A DNA stretch of 64,000 nt, taken from the NCBI GenBank assembly GCA_010356995.1, contig ML996697.1:244153-308152 (forward strand), given 5' to 3'. Position numbers and translations under genes: made by a program. The notes below the pieces were generated by a model, which was not told the DNA's origin, did not search any database, and saw only the letters and a program-made list of their open reading frames with translations. The first letter of the stretch is position 1; each line of letters starts with the position of its first letter. Positions 15,064 through 29,055 of this stretch are shown piece by piece. Source of the DNA: Trichodelitschia bisporula. Lineage: Eukaryota.

Positions 15064-18000
15064 ATGTCCTACAACCGCCTTGGTACGTCCATCGTCTCCG
15101 TGCTTGTGTTGTTTTCCACCACCCAAGGAGGATCGGGGCGCTCAAGTCGCCACATCGTGCGCATTCCTGACAACCCCACATTCTTGGAGCATTGGCGCAT
15201 GCGACCTTGCTTGTTGTGAACGGGCCAGCTAACCATAAACCCCCTACAGACTCCGCGGGCGCGGGTCCGGATGACGGTGACGACTATTTTGCTTCAAATC
15301 GCTACCAGCAGAGGATGAATTCTCCCCACAGAAACGGCCGTACGCCGCAAGGACAACGGACACAAGGCATTCCGCTAGAAGACCGCCCATATGGGTCGCC
15401 GCTGGAGATCCCAATGGGGCCAGGAACTCCAGGCGACCGAATGCAAGCGCAGCCTACAGTAAGTAACTGTCGCGGCGCAAAGCGCGGGGCGCAGGCTGAC
15501 GGTCAATAGTATTCTGTAGAAAACGTGCATAATTCCTACGGTCACAGCGAGGCGTATGACAGCGCCTACCCCCCTCACCCCGCCGAGTACGCTGTAAACC
15601 CTCATGATCACCATGATGCCTACTATAACGCCCCGTATGAGCCCTCGCCCCACGGTGAGCAGCATTACTGGCAGGACGACGCGGATAACCAGCCCATGCT
15701 TGCCGCTCCCACGTCGTTTGGCCCGGATCCCCACAACATCCCGACTCCGGTGCAGCACGAATATGGCTATGACGAGCCGGCGGCACCAACACCGAGCCCA
15801 GCTCCAGTGTCACAGATCAAGCGGTGGAAGACGGTCAAAGAAGTACAGCTTTTCAATGGCAACCTTGTGCTTGACTGTCCTATCCCTCCGCGGCTGCTGA
15901 ATCAAGTTCCACACGCACAGCCTCCGGAGCGCGATGAATTCACCCATATGCGCTACTCCGCCGCTACATGCGACCCGTCCGAGTTCTTTGAACAGCGATT
16001 TACTCTCCGTCAAAAACTGTTTGCGAAACCCAGACACACTGAGCTATTCATCGTTGTCACCATGTACAACGAGGAGGACGAGCTGTTCGCGCGGACAATG
16101 ATGGGCGTCATCAAGAACATTGAGTTCATGAACTCGCGCACAAATAGCAAGACCTGGGGCAAGGACGCCTGGAAAAAGATTGTTGTCTGCGTGGTCAGCG
16201 ACGGACGTGGCAAAATCCATCCGAGAACGCGGGCAATTCTAGCCGCTATGGGTGTCTACCAGGACGGTATTGCAAAGCAATACGTCAACAAGAAAGAAGT
16301 CACGGCTCATATTTATGAGTACACGAGCCAGATGAATATTGAGCTGAAAAAGGGCGTTGTTAGCGTCAAGAAGGGGAACACGCCCGTACAGATGCTGTTC
16401 TGCCTGAAGGAAAAGAACCAGAAAAAGATCAACTCTCATAGATGGTTCTTCCAGGCCTTTGGTCAGGTTCTGGAGCCCAATGTCTGTGTTCTCATCGATG
16501 CTGGAACGCGGCCCGGGAAAGACTCTATCTACAAGCTGTGGAAGGCTTTCGATGTCGAGCCACAATGCGCCGGTGCTTGTGGTGAAATCAAGGCTATGTT
16601 GGCGCATGGCAAAAAGCTGCTAAACCCGCTTATCGCGACGCAAAACTTTGAGTACAAGATGAGCAACATTCTCGATAAGCCCCTGGAGTCGGCATTTGGT
16701 TTCATTTCCGTGTTGCCTGGCGCCTTCTCCGCGTACCGGTACATCGCTCTCCAGAACGACAAGACTGGAAATGGCCCGCTCGAGAAGTACTTTGCTGGTG
16801 AGAAGATGCACGGCGCTAACGCCGGCATTTTCACCGCCAACATGTATCTCGCTGAGGACCGTATCCTGTGCTTCGAATTGGTCTCGAAGAGGAATTGCGC
16901 TTGGATCCTGCAGTACGTGAAGGGCTCTACGGGTGAGACGGATGTGCCCGAGGAGATGGCCGATTTCATCCTGCAACGGCGTCGCTGGCTCAACGGCAGC
17001 TTCTTCGCCGCCGTTTACGCGCTTGCGCACTCATATCAAATCTTCCGCAGTGACCACTCGTTCATCAGGAAGTTCATGTTTCACATTGAATTTCTGTACC
17101 AGACCATCAGCATGATCTTCGCTTGGTTCGCACTGGTATGTCGATGACCATTGGGTGACAACCGCAGGCTGACCGCGCATAGGGCAATTTCTTCCTCGTT
17201 TTCCGCATCCTGACGAATTCCTTGAGTGCCCCTAACCTTCTGGGTCAGCCTGGAAATATCCTTGCCGTCGTATTCGAATGGGCATACCTCGCCACACTCA
17301 TGACATGTTTCGTCCTCGCGCTCGGCAATAGGCCGCAGGGGTCTAACAAGTTGTACATGACCATGGTCTACTTCTGGGTCTTGATCATGGGGTAGGAGAC
17401 TCGGTCCCAAAGACTAAGCAAAGGCAGTCGTTAACAATTTTAGGTATCTGATGTTCGCCTCCATCTTCATCACCGTCCGATCCGTTCAAGAGGAGACGAA
17501 AGACGGGTTCAAGCTGTCCGATCTCTTCACGAACACCATCTTCTCCACTTTGATCGTGTCCATGCTGTCGACCTACGTCCTGTACTTCCTGGTCTCCTTC
17601 CTGTTCTTTGATCCCTGGCACATGTTTACCTCCTTCATCCAGTATCTGCTCCTAACACCGACGTACATCAACATCCTGAACGTCTACGCCTTCTGCAACA
17701 CCCACGACATCACATGGGGTACCAAAGGCGACACCAAGCCGGAGAAGCTCGGTGCAGCTAGTGTTACCGCAGATGGCAAGATCAAGGTGGACGTTCCTAC
17801 CGAAGACGCTGATCTCAACACACAGTATGAGAAGGAGCTCCGGATGTTCGCTACCAAGTTTGAACCTCCGAAAAAGACCCCTTCCCCGGAAGATAAACAG
17901 GAAGACTACTACAAGGGCTTCCGTTCTGTGGTTGTGCTTGCGTGGATGTTCATGAATCTGGCCCTGTGTGCCGTTGTGCTGCAAACCGGTGGGCTACAGG

Positions 18001-18152
18001 TTCTTGTTGCGCCAGACCAGCAGCAGGACGCGCGGAACCAGCGCGCCAAGATCTACCTTTCCGTTGTTCTGTGGAGCGTTGCCGGGCTTAGTTTGTTCAG
18101 GTTCATTGGAGCTATGTGGTTTTTGGTCGTTCGCATGTTCCGTGGGATTTAA
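15064..18152 (+). CDS. Chitin synthase (division 1, probably class I), 4 introns
   Basis: MSYNRL first exon, [51 protein letters not shown], and C-terminal TM helices. Confidence 0.96.
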
Positions 18153-19261
18153 GGGGTGTGTGGTGGCGCAGGTTGGCCGGAAAGGGCTGGGGCGGTTTTG
18201 CAGCTTCCGATGTCTTATGTCCATTTCTTCTTGTCTGGCGGTACTTGTTACAGGGAGCGGGGGGTTCGGTCGGGTCAATTTTTCGCTTTCAGGCATCAAG
18301 AACTGTGTTCAATTGTGCCATGATGGATGGCGTACCGCTTTTCTCCCCGGGTGCTCAGTTATGGGGAGACCCGTTCGTGCATATGCTAAAACTAGGACAG
18401 CGCTCCGATTATTCATGGTGCCCATCGCGGACCCTTTTTTTCACTCCCGAGGATTGCGAAGCTTACCGTAGTACTCTGGTATTCAAAGCTTCGATTCAGC
18501 AATTCCTAAACCCACGATCTCCACCAACATTCAGGCGCGGGTCAAGATATTTAATTCGGGACTAATGGCAATTAGACTCTTTGAGACAATATCCCGACCC
18601 AAAGGCAGGGGCCAAAGATCGCCTAATGGGATATGGGGAAGGCATGTGCTCTTTGTCTGCATTTCGTTCGAATGAGTTACTGACACCAATAGCCCCATAG
18701 CCAACGCGTACCGCACTTGAATGAGCCCTCAGGATCAGCCAGGACACGTAGCCCCTGATGTTGTCTGGATGAACTTCGCCAGCCGGTCCCACGAATGCAC
18801 ATGCTACAAGAGCCTAAGGCATCATTATTTGCCACTGGCTGCCTTGATATCCTCAGTCTATCGCGGTCGATCGCAGCCCGCGCTGCCGCTTACCGAGATC
18901 CCGTCGCCTTAACTCCACGATACGATTACGCCTCCATCAGTCTTGCAACGACCTGGAACGCCCATTCCCTTATCGGACGTCGACTAGCCTCCACATGCAC
19001 CTCCGCCGCCACCCCCTCGTCGGTCCCAAATGGAGCGGAGGCCGGTGACAACGGTTTTGTTTATGTGTGTCTCTGAGCCCACTCCGTTGAGATGCTAGTA
19101 GCATTTCGTTCTGTTGTAGCCGCCCGTTCTCATCCCGCACGCCTTGCATTGCCTGCTGTCGTGAGGGCACCGTTACTTTCGCTTACCATCATCTACTGTC
19201 GCTTCCGCTTGACAAAGTTAGTTGCTCGATTTTCGCGAACGTTAGCATTTTCTCTAGCAGC

Positions 19262-22200
19262 ATGGCCGCACCTGTCCCCGCGGGGAGGTCCAACACCCCA
19301 ATCCAGGGTCTCGCAGGGCCGTCCACCCCGCCCCAAGCAAGACCCAGCACGCCGGTCGGCTCAGCAGTACAGTACAGCCCAATCCAAGCTCCAAGCGCCG
19401 GGACGGTCCCATCACCGCACACTCTCGAAGACCCCTTCATAACACCACCTCCCACGATTCCCCCTTACGACCCATCCACCAATGATTCCGACCGCTCGTC
19501 TTCGCACTATGACGAGCCTGGGCCCAGTCTTCACCCAACTCGGACTCTGCTGCATGGGCGCGCGTATGAACTCTCTTCTGCGGGTGCGTACACCGACCGA
19601 GGCGCACTGGGTACGGGGAGGGTTGATGATGAGATTGAGCCGGCGGCAAGGGGGGACGTCCGCCACAAGCCAGAAGTGAATCCTGGTGAGCCCTCCGCGG
19701 CGGCGGGGAGAAGCAATCGTGCCAGCTTCCCGTCCGTTGCTCCCACGACAGGCGCGATACGGAAAGCGCGGCACGCGTCGCACCCCTCAGTCGGGGGGCA
19801 AATTATCACCGACGAGGAGCGGTCCATCACGCCCGTGTCTGGGGATTCGCCGCTGGTAGTGGAGCGAGAGACAGTGGTAGACCGCAAGCATGAAGTTATG
19901 GCGGCGTGGTTGTCTACGCAGCAGGAGGAGAAGATGTGGACAGAGGGCGGCCCGGAGGAGGGAGTGGTGCTGAAGCGGGCCAAGGATCGTTTTGTGTGTG
20001 CACCTGCGCATTTGGCGGATGTGGAGCAGGGGCTTTATCAGGCGGTTAAGGAGCTGAACGTTCAGGTAAGTGTGATCTGAAGGCCATATTCGGAGTTGTT
20101 AACTGGGTAGGTTGCGATGACGGTAAATACCGCGGTTATCAAGCTGTTGCTGCAATTCAAGTCCGAGTCCTCCATTGAGGTTAGGCCGGGATTGTCGGTG
20201 CAGGTGCTTCCGGACATTACATACCTCCCTCGCTGCCAGAAGCATCAATTCGCCGCATTCATTGCCGACTGGGATAGACTCGTCGTCTGGGACGACAACC
20301 CGCGGACGATTCTCGACCGCATCTCGGGAATTGAAGCAGCCCTGGTGGACATGGTGTGGAGTTCCGGCGTCAAGACGTTGGGCGACGTCGGTAAAAATGG
20401 CGACAACTCCAGCGGGTGCGATATCGAGGCCGGTAAGGAGCAGGTGCGGAAGTTGGTGTTCTTCCAATCTTTCTCTACGGCCGCCACCCTCATGTTGGCC
20501 ATGGCTGCGCAAGGGTCAGGATGGCGGGAGCTGGCGCTCCAAAGTGCGGTTGACCACACTTATCTCAGACTCCTTCTTTTGCTAGTCGCGTTCCCTCAGT
20601 TTTGGGTGTCTCTCGTACGTATCATCCTGACGGGTTGGAGGTTTACTGACCTTCATTTAGTTCTTTTTCCAAGCTTTGGTTGGAAACCTGGCTCAATGCG
20701 CGGGTCCAATTGGTCAGGTACACAAAAACTCCAAATACTACTCGGCAATCCCTCCTCGTCGCCTCAGTAGAGCGCATGGGCAGCTGCCGTGCATCACGAT
20801 CCAGTGCCCGGTGTACAAAGAGGGCCTTAAGACGGTTCTGGAACCAACCATTCTCTCGATCAAGCAGGCAATTTCCACTTATGAAATGCAGGGCGGCACA
20901 GCCCATCTGTTCATCAATGACGACGGTATGCGTGTGATATCGGATGAGGATGCGCAGATGCGGAGGGACTACTACGAGGAGCATAACATCGGCTGGGTGG
21001 CTAGACCCCCTCACAATCCGGACGGCAAGGATGGCGGGATGACCTTCACTCGTCGCGGGAGGTTCAAGAAGGCGTCTAACATGAACTTTGCACTATGGGT
21101 CTCACAGCGGATTGAGGACAAGTTGCTGGCTGTTCAGAGATCGGAAACTTGGTCCCAAAACGACGAGATTGAGGCATACAAGAGAGCGATGGAGGAGGTC
21201 AAAGATGAAGAAGCCACTGTCATGGCCGCCGGGGATATCCGCATTGGAGACTATATTTTGCTACTCGATGCTGACACGCGTCTTCCAGCGGATTGCCTTT
21301 TGGATGCCGTCAGCGAGATGGAGCAGTCGCCAGAGGTTGCCATTCTCCAGTACACCTCTGGCGTCATGAACGTGACAGACACCTTCTTCGAGCGGGGCAT
21401 CACATACTTCACAAAGCTTATCTTTACGCAGATTCGCTTTGCCGTGGCCAATGGCGACGTCGCTCCCTTCATCGGCCACAATGCTGTGCTCCGCTGGCGG
21501 GCCTTGCAGGAAGTCGCCTACGACTGCCAGCTAGACAAGCGTGAGAAGTATTGGTCTGAGGAGACGGTGTCTGAGGACTTCGACATGGCCCTACGACTCC
21601 AGACGGACGGGTATATCACCCGGCTTGCCGCGTACGCTGGCGAGGGATTCAAAGAGGGCGTCTCGCTTACCGTCTATGACGAGCTCAACCGCTGGGAGAA
21701 ATATGCCTTCGGCTGCAGCGAGCTAGTTTTCCACCCTCTCTCACGCTGGCCATTCCGTGGTCCCTTTACCAAGCTCTTTTGGGGCTTTATCACATCCGGC
21801 ATTCCGCTCCACAGCAAATTCACCATCACGGCATACATCGGGACATACTACGCTATCGGAAGCGCCTGGATACTGAGTCTGATGAACTATTTCGTCACAG
21901 GGTGGTTCAACGGACACATCGACCATTTCTACCTCGACAGCTTCCGAACCTACTTCTCCATCATCATCGTCTTCTCCGCGCTGGGCAACATCGCCCTCTC
22001 GGCGCTGCGCTACCGTACTGGCGAGCGCCCGCTTCTCGATTCCCTAGTCGAGAACTTCAAGTGGGTGCCGCTGTTGGCGCTCTTCCTCGGCGGCGTGAGC
22101 TTGCACGTCAGTCAGGCGATCCTAGGGCACTTGTTCGGGGTGAACATGACGTGGGGCGCGACGATGAAGGAAGAGGAGCACATTACGTTCTTCGAGGAGA

Positions 22201-22403
22201 TCCCGCGTGTGCTCAAGAGGTTCAAGATGACGTTCACCTTTTGCATCTTCTTGACGGCCATGATGATCTTCATGGCGTTTTGGGCGCCGGAGTTTTGGCA
22301 GATCCGTCTGTTCATTGCTGTGTTCCCGCTTGGGATCGTGGTGCTTGGGCACATGATGCTTCCAATTGTGCTGAACCCCAATTTGATGCTGTTCACTTGG
22401 TAG
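19262..22403 (+). CDS. Uncharacterised processive-type GT2 glycosyltransferase with multiple TM helices; introns 20066-20110 and 20615-20660
   Basis: QCPVYKE, NDDG, KKASNMN, DAD (DxD), GHNA, SEDFD, ELNRW (QxxRW variant), followed by hydrophobic segments. Confidence 0.88.
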
Positions 22404-22729
22404 ATGGGTGCTTCTAAATTGGATAGGAGCTTCAGGAAGACTGGCGGAGTCTCTAGATTGGATGGGGGAATCAGGAAGACGGTGAGATCTTTAGACCTAG
22501 ACCATAAACTTTAATGGGTAGTGAGGCTTTGAGGGAGTCTTACAGTTTGCTTTCTGAGGGGTACGTTCCTCGCCGTTGAACTAAATTGGAAGAGTTTCAG
22601 ACCTAGTTGGGATACTTGGGCATGAAAAATCATCACATTCCTTAACATGGGAAGCGTCAAACTTCGTGATGGCTACCCAATGGCCGTCAAACTCCAAACC
22701 CTAACATACAACCTCCGACAAGACACCCC

Positions 22730-24569
22730 CTAACTCCCCCTCTTCACGACTCTCAAAGCCACCCCCGTCCCACCACGAAACTGTAACGTAAAAACCGGCC
22801 CCACATCCTCCCTCAACGCCCTCTCAGCCTCCAGTCTCGCCTTCTCCCACGCAGCTGCCTTCTCCTCCTCCCCCGCGCCCTCCGCCACCCCCGTCTCCAG
22901 CTCAACCTCATAGTCCCTCAAAAGCGCCACCAGCGCCGCCACCAACTCAACCAGCGCAAACCTGCGGCCAATACACGAGCGCTGGCCCTCACTGAAGGCG
23001 ATATACGCCCCCTTAGGCGGGGAAAACAGCTCCCCCTCCCGGCCCTCGATAAACCACCGCTCGGGCTTCCACTCCTCCAAATCCGTCTCCGGACTCGCGG
23101 GGTGCACTTCCCCACCCTCTCCCTCGCTGCGCGCAGGCCCATGCGGCCACGCGGCCGGGTTGCGGTGCGCGGCCACGGCGTTCAGCGACAGCGTCGCGCC
23201 GGCCGGTATTAGGACATCGCGGCCATCGATCGTGAGGGTGGCGGCCTGGGGTGCGGACTTGGGGATTCCGATGACAGGGGGGTAGATACGGAGGGTCTCT
23301 GCTATGACGGCGCCGGGCCAGGAGGCCGCGAAGACGGGGTACGTGTCGTAAGTGGGGTTCGGGGGGAGGGCGGCTATGGCGGCGTGGAGCGCGGATTGCA
23401 CGTCTGGGCGTAGGGCGAGGTGGATAAGCGCGTAGTGTAGCGTGTTGGCAGTGGTTTCGTGCCCGGCGAGGAACATGATGAAGCTGTTGCCAATGATTTC
23501 GTCCGGAGTCAGGCCGGCGGGTGGGGAGCCGGATTTGTCGTCCGAGGGGGGTGTGGTAGTGGAGGCACGGATCATGGAGCCCATGAGGTCGAGGCCGCCG
23601 GCGTCGTCGGAGGTGGAGGACTGGATTGAGGCGGTTTTTTCGGCGTAGATGGTTCGCATGTACTTGCCCCATTCTTCGTAAGCAATGCGGGGTTCGCTCG
23701 TCGTCTTGAAGGGGAGATAGCCTGCTCTGGTCAGCCTGGTGCAGGAACACGATACACTACTTACGCTGCAACCACATGGGCACCACCAGCACAACTATAA
23801 TCCGCTTTAACAGCGTCTCCAGACTATCCTGGTAGCTCATAGCATGCCCCTCAGGCACAGCACTCGAATCGAACCCCCCCTCATCACCACCAGCCTCCCC
23901 CCCAGGCCACAAACACCGAACACCGAATCCCGCACGGCTAATCACATGCAAGGAAAAGCGCATCACGTCCTTGCTCAGCGAGGGAATAGCGACAGACTCG
24001 CTGCGCCCGCCGTCAACCCAGGTACGCACCATCTCCCTGGCCTGGAACAAGCTCTCACTCCACACAAGCGCATTGTTCTTCTCGCTGAACGGGGGCGCCA
24101 CAATTCGGCGATGTCGGCGCCACGCGCTCCCTTCGACCGTCACGATATTGGAGCCGTAGATCTGAAGCAACTCGTACAATTCCGTTGGCTTGGGGAATTC
24201 GACGCGTCGCGTCGTGACCTGCGCGATGACGTCGGGGTCGCAGGTGAAGAGGGTGATTTTGAAGGGCGCGACCACGAGGTAGGTGTCGCTCTTTAGGGAG
24301 GCGAAGGGCAAGTGCCGCAGGCGCCAGGGGCTGTTGCTGTCGAGGAGGGGAAGCCATGGGTTGGTTATTGATTCGGGGAGCAGGGAGACGATGGGAGTCC
24401 AGATCTTCTCTGTCGCGATCCAGATGCGACTGAAAGGGTAAAGCGGGGAGATGACGTAGGGCAGGCCGGTGGTGCGGGCGAGGCCGATGTTACGGCGGAG
24501 GGAAAGAACGAGGCGGAGGAAGAACAGGGTGAGGGGCACGAGGAAGAGGAGGGGTATTGTTAGGGCCAT
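22730..24569 (-). CDS. Cytochrome P450, one intron near 23724-23763
   Basis: N-terminal TM anchor, AGHETTA (I-helix), ETLR, PERW, FSEGQRSCIG heme motif. Confidence 0.95.
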
Positions 24570-26257
24570 GGTGTCGGGCGGGGTGGATTGATGCCTGGAT
24601 TGACGAGCGATGGCATACACAGTGAGATGGTGGGGGGCCGCTGGGCTTTAAACGTCAAAAGGCTGGTGGCTCGAACAGTACAGGTGATGGTGCCGTGCTC
24701 CCTTGCAGTACGGGTACCTGTGAGGGGCGGAAATAACGATGCATGGTTGGTGGAGCAGGCGCATTCGGGCGGGAAGTGTGTTACAAAATGTTTCGACATT
24801 GAGCTGCCATGTAAGCGATCATGCAGGGCTATCTTGGGTAAGATCTTGCAGCCAGATAAGGAAACAGAGAGAAAAGGAAACGCTGGGAGAGCTGAGAGTG
24901 ATGACTTGAAGCATCAGAGCATGGTACGTTGGAACGTCGGCCTTAGATCCAGTTAATGAATGACGCGCAGATCTCCCGAGGCTGTCCTAGCTGTATGCAT
25001 CAGGCTGAACTACGACTACAGTTTCATGACGACCGGGAACCACAAGTTCGGAAGAATCGTCCAATTCAGTTGGCAGGTTTTCGAATCTAGACAAGTTTTG
25101 AGGTCTAGTCAGCCTGGGATCAGGATGACGACGCACTGGACGCATTTGCATTGATGTACCCGTACATCACACCCCAGGACAATCTTCTGACCGCACCAAT
25201 CAGTGCACTCCATGCGCAGTTAGGTATTTCAAGATACACACATTCTCCATGACTAGCGGCCAACCCACTCTGCCGAATGCTTCTATCTCTATCCGGCAAC
25301 TACATATGTACAGCAAAGCACCTCTCGCGCCTTTCCGTCGTCGCATATCCCCCCAAAGCGCCAGCCTCTCAGCTACTTCACACCCCGGGGTTGAACCACC
25401 GAGCCTCACAGAAGATGCAGCGAAGACGAAAAAGAGAGAGCCTCCCACCATCTGCGCATCCCCAGAGCAGCATACCTCCCCGATGTACAGGTAACGAACC
25501 CGAAATTCAGATATGCCCGAAAGAGTTGCTCGCCTTGCCGTCCTCATATCGCACCCCCGTTACCAAGTTCGCCTCCCCAGGCGCCGGCTTCACGCCTCGA
25601 AAACACCAAAAAGGCAAAAGACCGTCCTCACCAACCCCTATCCCGCCAGACGCGCACCAGTGGGCATTAGTATCGCACCCAAAGAAAATCCCGATGAAAG
25701 AAAAAGCGCCAAAAGACAAGCTTATGGATTCCTCGCGGATGAGCCGAGAGTGAAACCAGAGAAACGCGCAGCAGAGAGTCAGAAAACGCCTTCCCTCCGA
25801 CTCCACACATCACCGACCACCAAAACGAAAAACTCCGCTGACACTGTCCAAGTGCCGCTTGTTGAACCCTCCCGGCTTTTGTTTCCCTTTCCGGTCACTC
25901 CGTCCCCCAAAACATGCCATGCTGGAATGAAAATGTGTTCATGTGGTGTCAGTACGCCATGATGCATATATCTCCTCGACTGTGCCGTGAATATCTGCCG
26001 TTCGGCCGTGAAAGGGATTCCGGGAAGACGAGTTGTCGAGAGCGTGCGACGAGGCGTAGAGGCACATATGCCTCTTAGCCTAAACAACTCCAAACTCCAA
26101 TGAGTAGATCAAAGGACAGTCGTAGTCCAGGGAATGGCGATCCTGCGATTGTATCCCAGAGCGAGATTCGTGTCCTGTGCTTATCCAATGCTTCTGCAAC
26201 AACACCATCTCAACCACTCGTCTCCAAACCTGATGTCCGATGAGTAGCTTCCAAAGC

Positions 26258-29055
26258 TCACGATGTCACCCCATCCGTCTCTTCGCCAGCTCCATTACCG
26301 GCCCGCCACCTCCGCTTCCACAGCTTCCCGAAGCCAAACCGACTAGACCTGTTTCCTACCCCGCCAGGACCTCCGCTCGTGCGCCCGGAGGACACGGTCG
26401 AGGAGGGGGGAACGCTAGATCCATCTGTTGGCGACGTCGCACTCTCCAACAATGTCGAGTACTCTTTCTCTGGTACGCCACTCATACCTCCACCGTTCTG
26501 ATGGTGCTGATGACGGCCAAAAGCACTCCCTAGAGACCCGTTGAGCGAAAACGGCGCACGAATATCCGTCTGGGAGCGCGGTGACGGGAGAGAAACATTG
26601 GCCTTAGCGCTAGCAGAACCGTTGGAAGGTGACGTGCGTGGTCGAGATGGCTCATCATCGTCAGTCAGGCCCTTGGGAGACGCGGCGCGAGCGCGCGTTT
26701 TGGACTTGGACTTGGTACGGCGCGATGGTGACGAAGAGCGCAGGCGCGGACCGCATTTCTTGTCACTGCGTTTCTTCCTTTCTGATGTTGAAGGCGTGGG
26801 TGCCTCAATTGTCGGTATGGGGACAGGAGCAACCGGGGCCGGGTCACCTGTAAGCTGCGCGCTGGGACACGTTGTCGTTGCTGTGGTATTTGGCATTGGT
26901 GGTGGTAATTCCCTCTCTGTGGGAAGGTCGACGTGGCTACGCGTTAGCGGACTGGTTACGCCGTCGAAGCACGAGGCGCTTAGCTGCCCGGCGAGAGACT
27001 GCTTATCGGAGTCTTTATTCTCCTCAATCTTGCGCTCCCAAATGGTCTTGTTATTCACAAGCTCGCTCACGCTGAACTGCATCGCCGGTAGTATGTCCGT
27101 GACAGCCTCAAATAGCGGCCGAGCGAAAATGTTAATGAAGCCAATCTGCGACTCGCCCATCTTGACGATATTGTCCCGTACAGGTGGCCCACCGAAGAGC
27201 GTCGTCGGCATGTTAAGCTCGATTTCCATGTTGCCCTGGTTGGAAAACTCGTCGGTGAGGATGCTCGCCCATTGGGCAGCGACGTTGAACTTTCTCGCCT
27301 GCGCACGAATCAGCTTATATCCTGCCAATGTCATCTCAAAAACAACTCACCACATTGCTGATGTCGGCGCACTTGATGAGCAATCCGCAGGCCAGGTCGC
27401 GGTACTCTTCCTGCAGCTTTAAGTTCCACCCGTCCAGCGTATTATTATTATGATGCAGTTTCGTCTGCAAGTTGCCCAAGTCCGCCATGTACTTAAAATG
27501 GAGCCCCATATCCGTCGCCAGAATTGAATTGATCATCAGCTTCCGCATCTGACAATCTTCAAATGCCGCGGGCCAGTAGCGCCGCAAGATCTGCGAGTAG
27601 GCGGCGCAGTGGAACGACTCGAGCACCGACCGGTCATTGTAAAGCTGTGCGAGCGGAGCATTCAGCGCGACGAGAAATGCGTTGTTCACGCCGGGATGGC
27701 CGACATCGTGCCCAACAGCTGAAATGAGCAGCGTCAGTGCATCAACCGGCTTCAACAGTGTGGCGATTGCCGAACAGGGCTGAGCTTGCACCATTACGCT
27801 TCCGGGGTAGTGTGGCAAGATGCCGATCTGGACGAGGAAGAAAAAGGTAGCCTGCAGCACATCGACGACGTGGCGGAAGTTGTGGTAGAACACAAACTCA
27901 TTGTAGGCCTGGCGACTGGCCTGGAGAAAGCGGACAAGGTCATCTGCAACGCCGTCAGTACCACCTCGGGAAGTCGTTCATCCTTGCAGGAAACAAACCT
28001 CTGGGCATCCTCCACTTTTCCAGTGAGGGCATCTGCAGCGCGTGCTCCAGCATGATCAAAGCCGCGTGAAGCAGCTCCTCATCGGTGAAACTATGCGCAG
28101 AAAAGGACCACAAGCCCACAGCGTCCGCAATGGCCTGCTTCCGTTCGATGCGAATTTCGGTGCTGCTGATGTCGACCATCTCCACTGCTTGCTGTGGGTC
28201 ACAGATACCGCTCATCAGATTCGATACCATGGCCTCGCGAAGATATGCATAAGGCTTTGTCTCCTCGACGCCAACCCAAGACAGCTTCCGGTTGCGCTTG
28301 TGAGCCAAAAAATTCGCATCTTCGCGCCCAGCATCCTTAAAGGCCCGGTAGGCGTGCAAGGCCAAGCCCTGGACGTGGTGCGTTGAGAGCGGACTGGTAA
28401 GGACATCTACGGCTCCGGCATCCAAATAGCGCGTTAGCCGCACCGTATCCGAAAGCACCTGCGACCCATGAACGCTGGGGGACGGCAAATTCGGCGACGC
28501 CCATTCCCTTTCGAAGCCGCTAAGGACGACGACTGGAATGATAAGGCGAGATATGCTGCTGAGCTGAATTTCGGAAGATATGTGAGAGAGTAGGCGCATG
28601 CCATAGAGGTCACTGGCATCGAGCGATTCGCTGGTCAATCGCTTCAGCGAGCGAGTGGACGTGGGAGACGGTGTCCGAGATTCACGAGATAGCCGCTTCA
28701 TGCGCTGGTCCTCGTCGTACGGAATATCGATCAGGACGACAGTTGGCGTGTTGGCTTTGGACTCTTGCAGATCCGCAATCTTGGACAGACATGTTCCGCC
28801 AGAGCGACACACATGAACTAGTTTGTGAGTATGGTACAGCATGCTACAGGATCACTGCTCACCTTCATTGAAGATTCCAAGGATCGACTCGATGTTCGAC
28901 TGCACCTCAACAGGCAGATGAGAGGAGTCGAGCTTAAAATACTCAGGTGTATCGCTAGCATCGCTGGCCCGCGTCGCAAGCACGGCCTCTCTCCGCACCA
29001 GCTCGTCCTGCGCGCGGCGATCGATGTAAATTATGTTGCAAGCTCCATGGTCCAT
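26258..29055 (-). CDS. PDE2: High-affinity class I cAMP phosphodiesterase (PdeH/Pde2 type), 3 introns
   Basis: YHNFRHVVDVLQ, HDVGHPGVNN, LESFH, ILATDMGLHF, IKCADISNV, EFSNQG, SQIGFI. Confidence 0.95.
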
